A stretch of DNA of 64,000 nucleotides from an uncultured Pseudomonadota bacterium (GCA_963723455.1 CAVRQM010000004.1:37324-101323), one strand, 5' to 3'. Counted from the first letter of the stretch, positions 30,250 through 41,355 are shown. Notes: a model not told the origin generated them from the letters alone. A program made the numbers and translations.

Positions 30250-31063
30250 CCGGCGCGGCCCAGCAGCCGGCGCGTCGCCAGCCCGACATCTGCCTCGCGC
30301 AGCAGGCTTTCCCCGACCAGGAAGCAGCGCACCGACATCTCCGCCAGCGCCAGCACGTCGGCATGGCTGCGGATGCCGCTCTCGGCGATGACGAAGCGAT
30401 CCGGCGGCACCAGCGGGCTGAGGTCGTGCGTGGTCCGCAGGTCGGTCTGCAAGGTTTTCAGGTTGCGGTTGTTGATGCCGATCAGCTTGGTCTGCAAGCC
30501 GAGCGCGCGTTGCAATTCGTGCTGGTCATGCACCTCCACCAGCACGTCCATGTCCAGCATCCGCGCGATGCTTTCCAGCTCCACCGCCTGATCGTCGTCC
30601 AGGGCGGCCATGATGAGCAGGATGCAGTCCGCGCCGAGTGCCCGGCTTTCGTACACCTGCCATGGCTCCAGGACGAAATCCTTGCGCAGCACCGGCAGAT
30701 CGACGGCCTTGCGCGCCGCCGTCAGGTCGTCAGGACTGCCCTGGAAATGCGCCATGTCGGTCAGCACCGACAGGCAGGACGCGCCCGCTTGCGCGTAGGT
30801 GCGCGCCAGGCTGGGCGGATCGAAGTCGGCGCGGATGATGCCGGCCGAGGGCGAGGCGCGCTTGAGTTCGGCGATCAGGCCGTAGCCATCGGCGGCGGCG
30901 CGCATCAGCCGCTGGCCGAAGCCGCGCGGCCCGGCGGCGGCGACGGCGCGGGCGCGCATCTGCTCCAGGCTGACCCGCTCGCGCCGCCGCGCCGTCTCGT
31001 GCCGGGTGTCGGCGCAGATCTGCGCCAGCACGTCGGTCTCCAGCACGGCTGCCACCTGTCCGC

Positions 31064-31067
<4 letters not shown>
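30246..31067 (-). CDS. trpC: indole-3-glycerol phosphate synthase
   Basis: 273 aa. [20 protein letters not shown]...CLSVLTD...FQGS...LRKDF...[10 protein letters not shown]. It has 4-bp overlaps with both neighbours. Confidence 0.95.
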
Positions 31068-32074
<1,007 letters not shown>

Positions 32075-32087
32075 CCTGGCGGCGGTC

Positions 32088-32684
32088 TCAGGCGGCTTCG
32101 GCGGGGGCGTTGCGGCCGTGCGCGATGGCGAGGAAATTGGCCAGCAGGGCGTGGCCGTGCTCGCTGGCGATGCTCTCCGGGTGGAATTGCACGCCGAAGA
32201 TCGGCAGGCTGCGGTGGCGCAGGCCCATCACGACCCCGTCCGTCGAGTGCGCGGTCGCCTCCAGCGTGCCGGGCAGCGAGTCCGGGCGGACCACCAGGCT
32301 GTGATACCGGGTCGCCTGGAACGGGCTGGGCAGGCCGGCAAACACATCGCTGCCGCGATGCACGATCGGGCTGGTCTTGCCGTGCATCGGACCCTCGGCG
32401 CGTACCACCTGCGCGCCGAACGCCTGGCCGATCGCCTGATGGCCCAGGCAGACGCCCAGCAGCGGCACCCGGCCGGCGGATGCGGCGATCAGATCGAGGC
32501 AGATGCCGGCCTGGTCCGGCGTGCAGGGGCCAGGCGACAGCACGATCGCCTCGGGCCGCATGTCCAGCGCCTGCGCCGTGGTCAGCGCGTCGTTGCGCCG
32601 CACCTCGCAGGCAGCTCCCAGCTCGCCCAGGAAATGCACCAGGTTGAAGGTGAAGCTGTCGTAATTGTCGATCAGCAGGATCAT
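32088..32684 (-). CDS. trpG: anthranilate synthase component II / glutamine amidotransferase
   Basis: 198 aa. [19 protein letters not shown]...[12 protein letters not shown]...GVQFHPESI. Confidence 0.9.
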   Translation of the reverse strand: MILLIDNYDSFTFNLVHFLGELGAACEVRRNDALTTAQALDMRPEAIVLSPGPCTPDQAGICLDLIAASAGRVPLLGVCLGHQAIGQAFGAQVVRAEGPMHGKTSPIVHRGSDVFAGLPSPFQATRYHSLVVRPDSLPGTLEATAHSTDGVVMGLRHRSLPIFGVQFHPESIASEHGHALLANFLAIAHGRNAPAEAA

Positions 32685-32706
32685 GGCGCGGGTTCCGCTG
32701 CCGCCG

Positions 32707-33234
32707 TCAGAAGTTGCCGGGATTGGTCGAGGTGCCCTGCGCCCCGCTGCCGCCCGGGCCGGCGGGGCTGAACTTGCCGACATTGCCCAGCAATTGCTGC
32801 ATGAAGCTGGCGTTGCTGCCCGGCGAGGGAGTGGTGCGCGCGACCACATCGACCGGCAGGCTGTCCTTCATGGTCTTGTGCTGGATGCGCTGCAGCACGC
32901 CGCTCTGGTCGAACGACATGACATAGACCTGCTGGTTGTCCACGCCGTTGGTGCCGCCGATGATCGGGGTGGTGACCTCCGAGATGTAGATCCACTGGTT
33001 GTCGTCGAAGGTGGCGTGCGCGGTCGGCGAGCCGATCAGGGCGGTGACATCGGCGCGCGTCGAGGTGCCCGGCACCAGCTGGGCCAGTTCGTCCGGCTGG
33101 ACGCGGATGCCGCGCTGCTGCGGCGCGAAGGAAAGGAAGCCGGGCATTTCGCAGCCGCCCAGGGCGGCGGCGAGGCCGGCGGCCAGCAGCAGCGCGGGAA
33201 GCAGGCGGAGCGGGGTCGAGGCACTCGGTCGCAC
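32707..33234 (-). CDS. bamE: outer membrane protein assembly factor BamE (SmpA/OmlA lipoprotein)
   Basis: GTG start with an AAGGA ribosome-binding site. Lipobox LAAALGGC. Core [40 protein letters not shown], plus a Gly/Ser-rich tail. Confidence 0.8.
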   Translation of the reverse strand: MRPSASTPLRLLPALLLAAGLAAALGGCEMPGFLSFAPQQRGIRVQPDELAQLVPGTSTRADVTALIGSPTAHATFDDNQWIYISEVTTPIIGGTNGVDNQQVYVMSFDQSGVLQRIQHKTMKDSLPVDVVARTTPSPGSNASFMQQLLGNVGKFSPAGPGGSGAQGTSTNPGNF

Positions 33235-33434
33235 GCGGAATGATCCTTGGATGGGAACCTCTGGAATGAGAACCCCTGGGCGATGAGCGGCGCGCCGGGA
33301 CGGTTGACCGCGGCGCCCGCCGCACAGACATAGGGGCGTGTCATGCCGCACGGCGGGAGTCAATTTCGCCGATCCGCCGCTCGCCGCCAAGGGCGTCGGC
33401 GCAGCGGCGTGCTGGTCGTCCGCTGCCTGGGAGT

Positions 33435-33980
33435 TTGCCGGTGTTCGGTCTGATTCTGCATCGCCGCCATGAGCGCGTGGCCCACCGCCTGTATTGCGCG
33501 GCGGTGGCCGCGGCACGGGCGCCGGACCATTACGGCAGGCTGGGCGTGCCCGACACGCTGGACGGCCGCTTCGACATGATCGGGCTGTTCGCCTTTCTGC
33601 TGATCGAACGGCTGCGCGCGCTGCCGCACCCGGGGGCCGCGGTGGCGCAGGCGGTGTTCGACGCGATGTTTTCCGACATGGACATGAGCCTGCGCGAGAT
33701 GGGGGTGGGCGATCTGGGCGTCGGCAAACGGGTGCGCGCGATGTGGGAGGCGTTCCACGGCCGCGCTGCGGCCTATCGCGCGCCGGTGGCCGATGCCGAT
33801 GCGCCGGCCCTGACCGCGGCGCTGGCGCGCAACGTGTGGCGCGACCCGCAGGCGCTGGCCCGGGCGCGGCCTTTGGCGGACATCGCGTTGCGCCAGGCCC
33901 ACCACCTCGCGGCCCAGGACGCCCGGGCGCTGCTGCGCGGCGAGGTGGATTTCCTGCTGCCCGAGCCGGTGGCGGCATGA
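33435..33980 (+). CDS. ubiquinol-cytochrome c chaperone domain family protein
   Basis: 181 aa. DTLDGRFDMIGLFAFLLIERL...MFSDMDMSLREMGVGDLGVGKRV. The start codon is non-ATG (TTG at 33435 or GTG at 33441). Confidence 0.7.
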   Translation: MPVFGLILHRRHERVAHRLYCAAVAAARAPDHYGRLGVPDTLDGRFDMIGLFAFLLIERLRALPHPGAAVAQAVFDAMFSDMDMSLREMGVGDLGVGKRVRAMWEAFHGRAAAYRAPVADADAPALTAALARNVWRDPQALARARPLADIALRQAHHLAAQDARALLRGEVDFLLPEPVAA

Positions 33981-34480
33981 CCCCGCCGCCCGAGCTGCAT
34001 CGGCCGCTGGCGCTGGACCGCATCGGCCAGACCGAACTGCGGCACCGCGTCGAGGCCGATGCCGCCGAATGCGTGGCCATCGCCGCCCGGCTGCGCATCC
34101 CGGCGGTGCTGTCGCTGGCCTGCAACTTCGTGCTGCGCCGGCGCGGCGAGCGGGTCGATGCGCAGGGCAGCCTGCGCGCGATGGTGGTGCGCGAGTGCGT
34201 GGTCAGCCTGGAGCCGTTCGAGGTCGCGATCCAGGAGGTTTTCGACATCCGCTTCGTGCCTCCGGGCACCGAGGAAGCCGACGACGACGACCCGCTGGCC
34301 ATCGACGAACTGCCGTTCGAGGGCGTGGCGGTCGATCTGGGCGAGGCGGCGGTGGAGCAGCTGGCCCTGGCGCTGGATCCCTACCCGCGCCGGCCGGAGG
34401 CGGTGTTGCCGGAGCTGGCCGAGCCGCCGGACGCCCCGCATCCGTTCGCTGCCCTGGCGCGGCTGCATCTGAAGCGGTAG
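33977..34480 (+). CDS. yceD: YceD/DUF177 family protein
   Basis: The ATGA overlaps the upstream gene. C-terminal acidic region ...DELPFEGVAVDLGEAAVEQLALALDPYPR. It sits immediately upstream of rpmF, as is usual. Confidence 0.8.
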   Translation: MTPPPELHRPLALDRIGQTELRHRVEADAAECVAIAARLRIPAVLSLACNFVLRRRGERVDAQGSLRAMVVRECVVSLEPFEVAIQEVFDIRFVPPGTEEADDDDPLAIDELPFEGVAVDLGEAAVEQLALALDPYPRRPEAVLPELAEPPDAPHPFAALARLHLKR

Positions 34481-34634
34481 AGGCTGGGCGGATCGCGGCG
34501 CTGCGCTCCCTTGCGGCCGGCCCCCCCCTCTGCTAGACGCCCCGCCTTGCGAGATTCCCGTGAGCTGACCGCGTGCGGCCTGCGATGGCGGTGCCGTGGC
34601 CGCGTCACCACATAGACTGGAGAGGCGTGCTGCC

Positions 34635-34838
34635 ATGGCTGTTCCGAAGAAGAAGACCTCGCCGTCGCGGCGGGGCATGCGTCGCAGCCATGCGGCTCTG
34701 CCGGTCGAGGCGCATGCCGAGTGCCCGAACTGCGGCGAGCTGAAGCGCCCGCATCATATCTGCAGCCATTGCGGCCATTATGACGGGCGTGAGGTCGTGG
34801 CCGCCGGCAAGGCGCTGAAGGTGGCTGTCCGCGCCTGA
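34635..34838 (+). CDS. rpmF: 50S ribosomal protein L32
   Basis: [19 protein letters not shown]...[20 protein letters not shown]. Confidence 0.95.
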   Translation: MAVPKKKTSPSRRGMRRSHAALPVEAHAECPNCGELKRPHHICSHCGHYDGREVVAAGKALKVAVRA

Positions 34839-34844
34839 TCCGGG

Positions 34845-35894
34845 TTGCCTCGTGAGGGCGCCGCCTTGACCGAATTGTTCACGCTGGCGGTCGATGCGAT
34901 GGGCGGCGACCAGGCGCCGGACATGGTGGTGGCCGGGCTTGCCACGGCTGCCGAACGACATCCGGCCGCGCGGTTCCTCCTGGTCGGCGACGAGGCCAGG
35001 CTGCGCCCGCTGCTGGCCCGCCATCGCCGGGCTGCGGCGTCCTGCACAGTGCGACACACCGCCGATGCCATCGCCGGCGACATGAAGCCGACGGCGGCGC
35101 TGCGCATGCGATCCGCCTCAATGCGGCTGGCAATCGACGCGGTCGCCGGTGGCGAGGCATCGGGCGTGGTCAGCGCCGGCAATACCGGGGCGCTGCTGGC
35201 ATTGGCCAAGATCGTGCTGAAGACGCTGCCGGGGATCGACCGGCCGGCGATGGCGGCGATCGGCCCGTCGGCCCGCGGCGACGTGGTGATGCTGGATCTG
35301 GGCGCCAACCTGACCTGCGACGCCCGCAATCTGGTCGAGTTCGCCATCATGGGCGACGTGTTTGCGCGCACCGTGCTGGGCCTGACCGCGCCCAGCATCG
35401 GCCTGCTGAATGTCGGCTCGGAGGAGCTGAAGGGCGACGAGCGGCTGCGCGACGCCGCCGCCGTGCTGCGCGACAGCCATGTGGGGCCGCAGTTCCACGG
35501 TTTCGTCGAGGGCCACGACATCGCCGCCGGTACGACCGACGTGATCGTGACCGACGGTTTCACCGGCAACGTGGCGCTGAAGACCGGCGAGGGCGCGCTG
35601 CGGCTGGTGGGCGGCCTGCTGCGGCAGGTGTTCTCGTCGTCGCTGTCCGCCCGGCTCGGCTACCTGCTGGCCCGGCCCGGGCTGGACCGGCTGCGCGAAT
35701 GGCTCGATCCGCGTCGCTACAACGGCGCGGTGATGCTCGGGCTGAACGGGGTCGTGGTGAAATCGCACGGCGGCACCGATGCGCAGGGCTTCGCCCACGC
35801 CGTCGATGTGGCGATGGACATGGTGGTGCATCGCTTCGACGAGCGCATCCGTGACGGCCTGGGCCGCATCGCCCGCCTGCCGAGTGCGGCGTGA
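34845..35894 (+). CDS. plsX: phosphate acyltransferase PlsX
   Basis: LAVDAMGGDQAP...SAGNTGAL...DGFTGNVALKTGEG...NGVVVKSHG. TTG start; the exact start is uncertain. Confidence 0.9.
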   Translation: MPREGAALTELFTLAVDAMGGDQAPDMVVAGLATAAERHPAARFLLVGDEARLRPLLARHRRAAASCTVRHTADAIAGDMKPTAALRMRSASMRLAIDAVAGGEASGVVSAGNTGALLALAKIVLKTLPGIDRPAMAAIGPSARGDVVMLDLGANLTCDARNLVEFAIMGDVFARTVLGLTAPSIGLLNVGSEELKGDERLRDAAAVLRDSHVGPQFHGFVEGHDIAAGTTDVIVTDGFTGNVALKTGEGALRLVGGLLRQVFSSSLSARLGYLLARPGLDRLREWLDPRRYNGAVMLGLNGVVVKSHGGTDAQGFAHAVDVAMDMVVHRFDERIRDGLGRIARLPSAA

Positions 35895-36871
35895 CCGCTG
35901 TCCGCCGCGCCGTGCTGGCGGGCATCGGCGGCTACCTGCCGGAGACGGTAGTCAGCAACGACGATCTGGCGCGCACCGTGGAGACCTCGGACGCGTGGAT
36001 CCGCGCGCGCACCGGCATCGGCCAGCGCTACATCGCCCAGCCGCACGAGACCTGCGCCTTCATGGCGACGGCGGCGGCGCGCGCGGCGCTTGCGGATGCC
36101 GGGGTGGACGGGGCCAGCGTGGGCGCGGTGATCGTGGCCACCGCGACGCCCGATCAGGCGTTCCCGGCGGTCGCGGTGCGGGTGCAGGCGGCGCTGGGCT
36201 GCGGCGGCTTCGCGTTCGATGTGTCGGCGGCGTGCAGCGGCTTCATCTACGCGCTGTCGGTGGCCGACGCGATGCTGCGCGCGCGGCAGGTCGGCTCGGT
36301 GCTGGTGATCGGTTCGGAGGTCTATTCGCGCATCCTGAACTGGCAGGATCGCGGCACCTGCGTCCTGTTCGGCGACGGCGCCGGCGCGGTGCTGCTGGTC
36401 GCTGATGAGGCCGGGGCAGCGTCGGCGGAGCAGCGTGGCGTGCTGTCCACCCATCTGCACGCCGATGGCGCCCTGGGCGACATCCTGTATGTCGATGGCG
36501 CGGTCGGCCGCTCGGAGCGCAGCGGCCATCTGGTGATGAACGGCCGCGAGGTGTTCCGCCACGCTGTCGCTCTGCTGGCGGCCTCGGTCGAGGAGGCGCT
36601 GGCCGCCAACGGCCTGGGGGTGGAGGCGATCGACTGGCTGGTGCCGCACCAGGCCAATGCGCGGATCATCGACGCCGTGGGCAAGCGGCTAGGCCTGCCG
36701 GCGGAGAGGGTAATTCTCACGGTCGGCCTGCACGCCAACACCTCGGCCGCCTCGGTGCCGCTGGCGCTGGCGCACGGCGTGGCGGACGGGCGCATCCGGC
36801 GCGGGCAGCTGCTGGTGCTGGAGGCGCTGGGCGGCGGGCTGACCTGGGGTTCGGCGGTGGTGCGGCTGTAG
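35891..36871 (+). CDS. fabH: 3-oxoacyl-ACP synthase III
   Basis: 326 aa. GIGGYLPETVVSNDDLA...FDVSAACSGFIYAL...VPHQANARII...GNTSAAS-type HANTSAASVPLAL. Confidence 0.95.
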   Translation: MTAVRRAVLAGIGGYLPETVVSNDDLARTVETSDAWIRARTGIGQRYIAQPHETCAFMATAAARAALADAGVDGASVGAVIVATATPDQAFPAVAVRVQAALGCGGFAFDVSAACSGFIYALSVADAMLRARQVGSVLVIGSEVYSRILNWQDRGTCVLFGDGAGAVLLVADEAGAASAEQRGVLSTHLHADGALGDILYVDGAVGRSERSGHLVMNGREVFRHAVALLAASVEEALAANGLGVEAIDWLVPHQANARIIDAVGKRLGLPAERVILTVGLHANTSAASVPLALAHGVADGRIRRGQLLVLEALGGGLTWGSAVVRL

Positions 36872-37017
36872 CCGGGCGCAGAGACGACCGGCCGAAGCTG
36901 CGGCCGTGGTGAGGGGGTTGCATGGAACAGGATCCGGGCGACAGGATCACCTGCTCCCTGTACACCATCTCACACGGCGCGACCGCTCCGCTGCTCCGCA
37001 ATCTTGGAACACCTCGC

Positions 37018-37806
37018 TCAACGCCCGGCGGCTCCCCCAAAATCTTCCAGCACCGCGGCCAGCGCTTCGGGCTGCACCTTCACCGTTCCGGCAAACGGAT
37101 GGTCGATCGCAATGATGATCAGCAGCCCGGACAGGATCAGCACCGAAAGCATCGCCGTCATCAGGCTCTGCGCGCGCAGGTTTTCGGTGCCGAAGAAGAA
37201 CGTGAACGCGATCGTCACCGCCGCGCCGCCGAACAGCACCAGCCAGACGATGCCGGGCACGATGCCCGACGCCATGACCAGCCGGGCGCGGCGTGACTGG
37301 GTCACCAGATCGAGCTGGTGCAGGATCTCCGACATCAGCGCCGCCCCGCGCCGATCGCCCGGATTGTAGGTCAGGACGGCGGCATAGACGCCGTCCAGCG
37401 CGCGGGTCGCGGCGGCGCTTGCCTCGCCGTGCTGCATGGCGGGCCAGTCCGCGTCGATGACGGAATGGAGGTAGCCGGTCAGCCCGGCGCGGATCGCCAC
37501 GCCGGGCGCGCCGTCGACTCCGGTCGCGAGGCGGTAGATGGTCGCCGCCGCCCCGGCCTCCTGCGCCACATCGTTCTCGGCGTCGCTGAACTTTTCCCAG
37601 ACGATGATCACCGCGAAGGCCAGCAGCACGGCGTACAGCACGCCGACGGTCGCGAACTTGAATCCGGCGACCTCATTGTTCGTCCGGAGGATGTCCAGGC
37701 GGACCCGGCGGCGGATCAGGACCGGCCCGATCATCGCGACCAGCGTGACGATGCCCACGAGAAGGACCCCGGACAGCCACAACGGCGCGGTGGTCAGGAG
37801 CATCAT
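37018..37806 (-). CDS. DUF4239-like integral membrane protein (4 predicted TM helices)
   Basis: 262 aa. Two N-terminal and two C-terminal hydrophobic helices flank a soluble middle. It starts 4 nt after the stop of the MotA-like gene. Confidence 0.65.
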   Translation of the reverse strand: MMLLTTAPLWLSGVLLVGIVTLVAMIGPVLIRRRVRLDILRTNNEVAGFKFATVGVLYAVLLAFAVIIVWEKFSDAENDVAQEAGAAATIYRLATGVDGAPGVAIRAGLTGYLHSVIDADWPAMQHGEASAAATRALDGVYAAVLTYNPGDRRGAALMSEILHQLDLVTQSRRARLVMASGIVPGIVWLVLFGGAAVTIAFTFFFGTENLRAQSLMTAMLSVLILSGLLIIIAIDHPFAGTVKVQPEALAAVLEDFGGAAGR

Positions 37807-37810
37807 GCGA

Positions 37811-38968
37811 TCATCGCGGCTGCTCCTCGGCCAGCGCCGCGATGGTGCGCGTCAGGATGCGCAGATCGGCCCGCAGCTCCGCCGTGCTCTGCGCCCGGCC
37901 CTGTTCGGTCTCCGCCAGCAGGCGCTGCAAGTATTGCTCGATGTTGCGCAGGTGCCCGCGCATCGCCTCCTCCGGGCCGCCCTCGGCGCGGCGCTCGCCC
38001 AGGCGCTGCAGGGCCGGGGCCAGGGCCTGCTGGGTCTCGGCGATATGCAGCATCAGCTGCTGGTTGGCGCGCATGGTGTCCGACAGCGTGGCGATGCGCT
38101 CAGTCAGGCCCAGCACAGCCTGGTTGGCCTCGCGCCTGCCGTCCTCGCCGCGCATCAGCACGCGCTGCAGTCCTTCCATGTTCTCCGCCGTCTGCTCCAG
38201 CAGCGCCTGCACATAGACCGGCACCGAAGCATCGCCCTCGCCGCCCAGCACGCCGGAGGACAGCCGGGTGATGCCGGCCAGCCATTCCTCCAGCTCGTTG
38301 AAGAACCGATTCTGCGCCTGGCCGGCGGTCAGGTCCAGGAAGCCCAGCACCAACGCCCCGGACAGGCCCAGCATCGACGACGAGAACGCCGTGCCCATGC
38401 CGTGCAGCGGCCGCGCCAGCCCCGTCTTCAGCTGCTCGAACAGCACGTTGATGTCGCCGGTGCCGACCGACATGCCGCCGATCACGTCGCCCACCGATTG
38501 CACGGTCAGCAACAGGCCCCAGAACGTGCCGAGCAGGCCCAGGAAGATCAGCAGTCCCACCATGTAGCGCGACAGCTCGCGGCTTTCGTCCAGGCGGCTG
38601 CTGATGGTGTCGAGCAGCGAGCGCATCGCCTGCGAGGAGATGGTGAACCGCTCGTGCCCATCGCGCCCCTTGCCGGTGCGCGCCGCCAGCATCGCGGCCA
38701 TCGGCGCCAGCAGTCTTGGCGCGGGCAGCGTGGCGATGCGGGCGCGGGCGCGCTGGAAGGTCTCCAGCCAGCGCACCTCGGGGTTGAGGCGCACGACCTG
38801 GCGCAGGTTCCAGAACACGCCGATCGCCAGCACCACCAGGATCAGGCTGTTCAGCACCACGTTGTTGTCGAACGCGGTCAGCAGCAGACGGAACAGCAGC
38901 GCCACCACCACCGCGACCGCCAGCAGGAACAGCGCCATGCGCAGCACGAACACGGTGGGCCGGGTCAT
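37811..38968 (-). CDS. MotA/TolQ/ExbB proton-channel family protein with a ~165-aa C-terminal coiled-coil tail
   Basis: 385 aa. Two N-terminal TM helices. Channel core YMVGLLIFLGLLGTFWGLL...GMGTAFSSSMLGLSGALVLGFL. Then a heptad-like Q/E/R/L-rich tail (…LLEQTAENMEGLQRVL…ANQQLMLHIAETQQAL…NIEQYLQRLLAETEQ…). The ATG overlaps the upstream stop (ATGA). Confidence 0.8.
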   Translation of the reverse strand: MTRPTVFVLRMALFLLAVAVVVALLFRLLLTAFDNNVVLNSLILVVLAIGVFWNLRQVVRLNPEVRWLETFQRARARIATLPAPRLLAPMAAMLAARTGKGRDGHERFTISSQAMRSLLDTISSRLDESRELSRYMVGLLIFLGLLGTFWGLLLTVQSVGDVIGGMSVGTGDINVLFEQLKTGLARPLHGMGTAFSSSMLGLSGALVLGFLDLTAGQAQNRFFNELEEWLAGITRLSSGVLGGEGDASVPVYVQALLEQTAENMEGLQRVLMRGEDGRREANQAVLGLTERIATLSDTMRANQQLMLHIAETQQALAPALQRLGERRAEGGPEEAMRGHLRNIEQYLQRLLAETEQGRAQSTAELRADLRILTRTIAALAEEQPR

Positions 38969-39759
38969 GGCGGGCGCACCCCGGCGGGCTGCGCCGAGGG
39001 CTTCGGCGTGGCGGCCACGATGTCCACCCGGTCGGGGGGCGCGCCGGGCGGGTTGGCCTCGCCCGGCGGAGCCGAGGCGCCAAGGGCGCGGACAAAGATG
39101 CGGGTGGACGGGATGCCTTCGGTGATCAGCACGCTGCGCACCGCCAGACCGCGCGCCAGCGCCAGACGGCGCGGCGTCGAGGGGTCGTTCGCGTCGCCGG
39201 CGGCAAAGGCGGTGACGGTGAAGGTGGTCGCGGCGAACGGCGGCGCTGCGTGCGCCAGGCTCCGCACCGCGGCATCCGTCGCCGGGTTCAGCTCGGAGCG
39301 GCCGGCGCCAAAGGTGACGCGCAGCCCGTCGGTCCGCGGCGTCGCCTCGCCAGGCGCGTCGGCCGCCACCGGCACGGGCGGCGGCGGCGGCACCGGGCGG
39401 GTGGGCACCACGATCGGCGGCGGCAGCACCGGCGCGGGCGGCGGCGCTGCCGGGATCGCCAGGCTGGGCTTGGCTGGCGCGCCCGGCAGCGTGCCGGGCA
39501 GGGCGGCGTGCGGGTTCGGCTTGCCGCCGCCCTTGCTGGCGCTGGCGGCGACGGGATGGGTGCTCCGCGTGGTCGCGCGCCGCTCCGGCGGCCGCGTGGC
39601 CCGCGGGTGCCGACCCGAATCGGAGGAGGCGGCGGGCGGGGCGAGCTGGTCCAGCGCCTGCGGATTGACCGTGGTCTGCGCCTGGGCGCCCCCGACGGCC
39701 CCCGCCAGCATTGCCGCGACCAGGGCTGCAGCGGCGCGGTCGCGGCGCCGCCCGCTCAC
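38965..39759 (-). CDS. MotB/OmpA-like protein (N-terminal hydrophobic segment, Pro-rich linker, OmpA_C-like domain)
   Basis: 264 aa if the GTG at 39759 is used; it overlaps the suhB stop as GTGA. The N-terminus is RRRDRAAAALVAAMLAGAVGGAQAQ. The C-domain is LRVTFGAGRSELNPATDAAVRSL...RRLALARGLAVRSVLITEGIPSTRIFVRALG. An upstream ATG at 39801 is an alternative start. Confidence 0.7.
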   Translation of the reverse strand: MSGRRRDRAAAALVAAMLAGAVGGAQAQTTVNPQALDQLAPPAASSDSGRHPRATRPPERRATTRSTHPVAASASKGGGKPNPHAALPGTLPGAPAKPSLAIPAAPPPAPVLPPPIVVPTRPVPPPPPVPVAADAPGEATPRTDGLRVTFGAGRSELNPATDAAVRSLAHAAPPFAATTFTVTAFAAGDANDPSTPRRLALARGLAVRSVLITEGIPSTRIFVRALGASAPPGEANPPGAPPDRVDIVAATPKPSAQPAGVRPP

Positions 39760-40589
39760 GCCCGGCCGGCCGCCGCCAGACCGAGCCGCGCCGCCTCGCA
39801 TAGCAGCGGATGCAGATGCGGGTTCGCGGCGACGATGTCGCCGGTCTCGCGAGGGTCCGGCCCGTCCGGCGCGGTGACATAGCCGCCCGCCTCGCGCACG
39901 ATCACCAGTCCGGCCGCCATGTCCCACGGCTTCAGCCGCATCTCCCAGAACCCGTCGAACCGCCCCGCCGCCACCCAGCACAGGTCCAGGGCCGCCGAGC
40001 CGAAGCGGCGGATCCCGGCCACCTGCGGCATCAGCGTGCCGAGCGTGCGGGCGAAGGCCAGGCGCATGTCCGGCGGCGAGACCGCGAACGGGATGCCGGT
40101 GGCGAACATCGCCTCGCTCATCTCGCGCCGCGCCGAGACCCGCAGCCGGCGTTCGTTGACGAACGCGCCTGTGCCCTTTTCCGCCCAGAACATCTCGTCG
40201 CTGGCCGGGGCATAGACCACGCCCGCCGCCAGCTCCGAGCCGCCGTCGTCCAGCCGCCGCTCCAGCCCGATGCTGATCGACCAGTGCGGGATGCCGTGCA
40301 GGAAGTTCGAGGTGCCGTCCAGCGGATCGACGACCCAGCGCCACGCCCAGTTGTCGCTGCCCGAGGCGCCGCTTTCTTCCATCAGGAAGGCATAGCCAGG
40401 GCGGGCCTTGGCCAGGTCCTCGCGCAGGCTGGCCTCGGCGCGCAGATCGGCCTGGCTGACGAAATCGCCCGGCCCCTTGACGCTGACCTGCAACTGCTCG
40501 ACCTCGGCAAAGTCGCGCAGCAGGCGCTTGCTGGCGCGCTGGGCGGCGTTCTGCATCACCGTCATGATCGGCGACAGGCGCAGCGCCAT
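39756..40589 (-). CDS. suhB: inositol monophosphatase family protein
   Basis: 277 aa. FLMEESG...WVVDPLDGTSNFLHGIPHW...GSAALDLCWVAAGRFDGFWE. Confidence 0.9.
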   Translation of the reverse strand: MALRLSPIMTVMQNAAQRASKRLLRDFAEVEQLQVSVKGPGDFVSQADLRAEASLREDLAKARPGYAFLMEESGASGSDNWAWRWVVDPLDGTSNFLHGIPHWSISIGLERRLDDGGSELAAGVVYAPASDEMFWAEKGTGAFVNERRLRVSARREMSEAMFATGIPFAVSPPDMRLAFARTLGTLMPQVAGIRRFGSAALDLCWVAAGRFDGFWEMRLKPWDMAAGLVIVREAGGYVTAPDGPDPRETGDIVAANPHLHPLLCEAARLGLAAAGRA

Positions 40590-40606
40590 GACCGGACCCC
40601 CGCCGC

Positions 40607-41173
40607 CTAGCCCTTGAACCGTTCGACGTAGCTGGCGTCCTCGGTGCGCACCACGATGCGCTCGCCAGTCTCGATGAACGGCGGCACGCTGGTCTTGACC
40701 CCGTTGGACAGTTTCGCCGGCTTGTAGCTGCTGGCCGCGGTCTGGCCCTTGACCACCGGATCGGCTTCGACGATTTCCAGGACGACCGTCTGCGGCAGGT
40801 GGATGCCGACCGGGTCGCCCTCGACCAGATCGACCTCGACCTGCATGTTGTCCTGCAGGAACGCGGCCTGATCGCCCAGCAGGGCGACCGGGATCATCGC
40901 CTGCTCGAAAGTCTCCGGGTCCATCAGCACCAGATTGTCCCCGTCGGTATAGGAGTAGGTGTACTCCTTCTGGTCGGTCTGCAGTCGCTCGACGGTGTCC
41001 GCGGTGCGCCAGCGCTCGTTGGTCTTGTTGCCGGTGCGCAGGTCGCGCATCTCCACCTGGATGAAGGCGCCGCCCTTGCCGGGAGTGATGATCTGCTGCT
41101 TCAGCACGGTCCAGCGGCGGCCATCGTGCTCGATCACCTGACCGGCGCGGATCAGGTTTGCCTGCTGCTTCAT
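40607..41173 (-). CDS. efp: translation elongation factor P (PGKG loop, Lys-type)
   Basis: 188 aa. MKQQANLIRAGQVIEHDGRRWTVLKQQIITPGKGGAFIQVEMRDLRTG. Confidence 0.95.
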   Translation of the reverse strand: MKQQANLIRAGQVIEHDGRRWTVLKQQIITPGKGGAFIQVEMRDLRTGNKTNERWRTADTVERLQTDQKEYTYSYTDGDNLVLMDPETFEQAMIPVALLGDQAAFLQDNMQVEVDLVEGDPVGIHLPQTVVLEIVEADPVVKGQTAASSYKPAKLSNGVKTSVPPFIETGERIVVRTEDASYVERFKG

Positions 41174-41355
41174 TCGGGGATGCTCTTGATGGCTCGGGAA
41201 AGCGGGTTTCCTAGACCGAAGCAGCAGGGCGGGCAAGGCGGCGGCTCAGGACGTGGTCCGGCGTCGGCTGCCTTGGTGATGATTTGCCGGCTTCGCCAAG
41301 GCCGGACAGAGTACCCGACGGTCGCTACAACGCGATGGAGGACTGTGGGTCGAGG

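Noticed and set aside
37811-39759. Zorya (ZorAB) anti-phage system.
   Set aside because: The A-like protein is only 385 aa, with a tail far shorter than ZorA. No ZorC, ZorD or ZorE-like genes flank it. The neighbours are suhB and a DUF4239 membrane protein. I kept it as an uncharacterised stator-like module instead.
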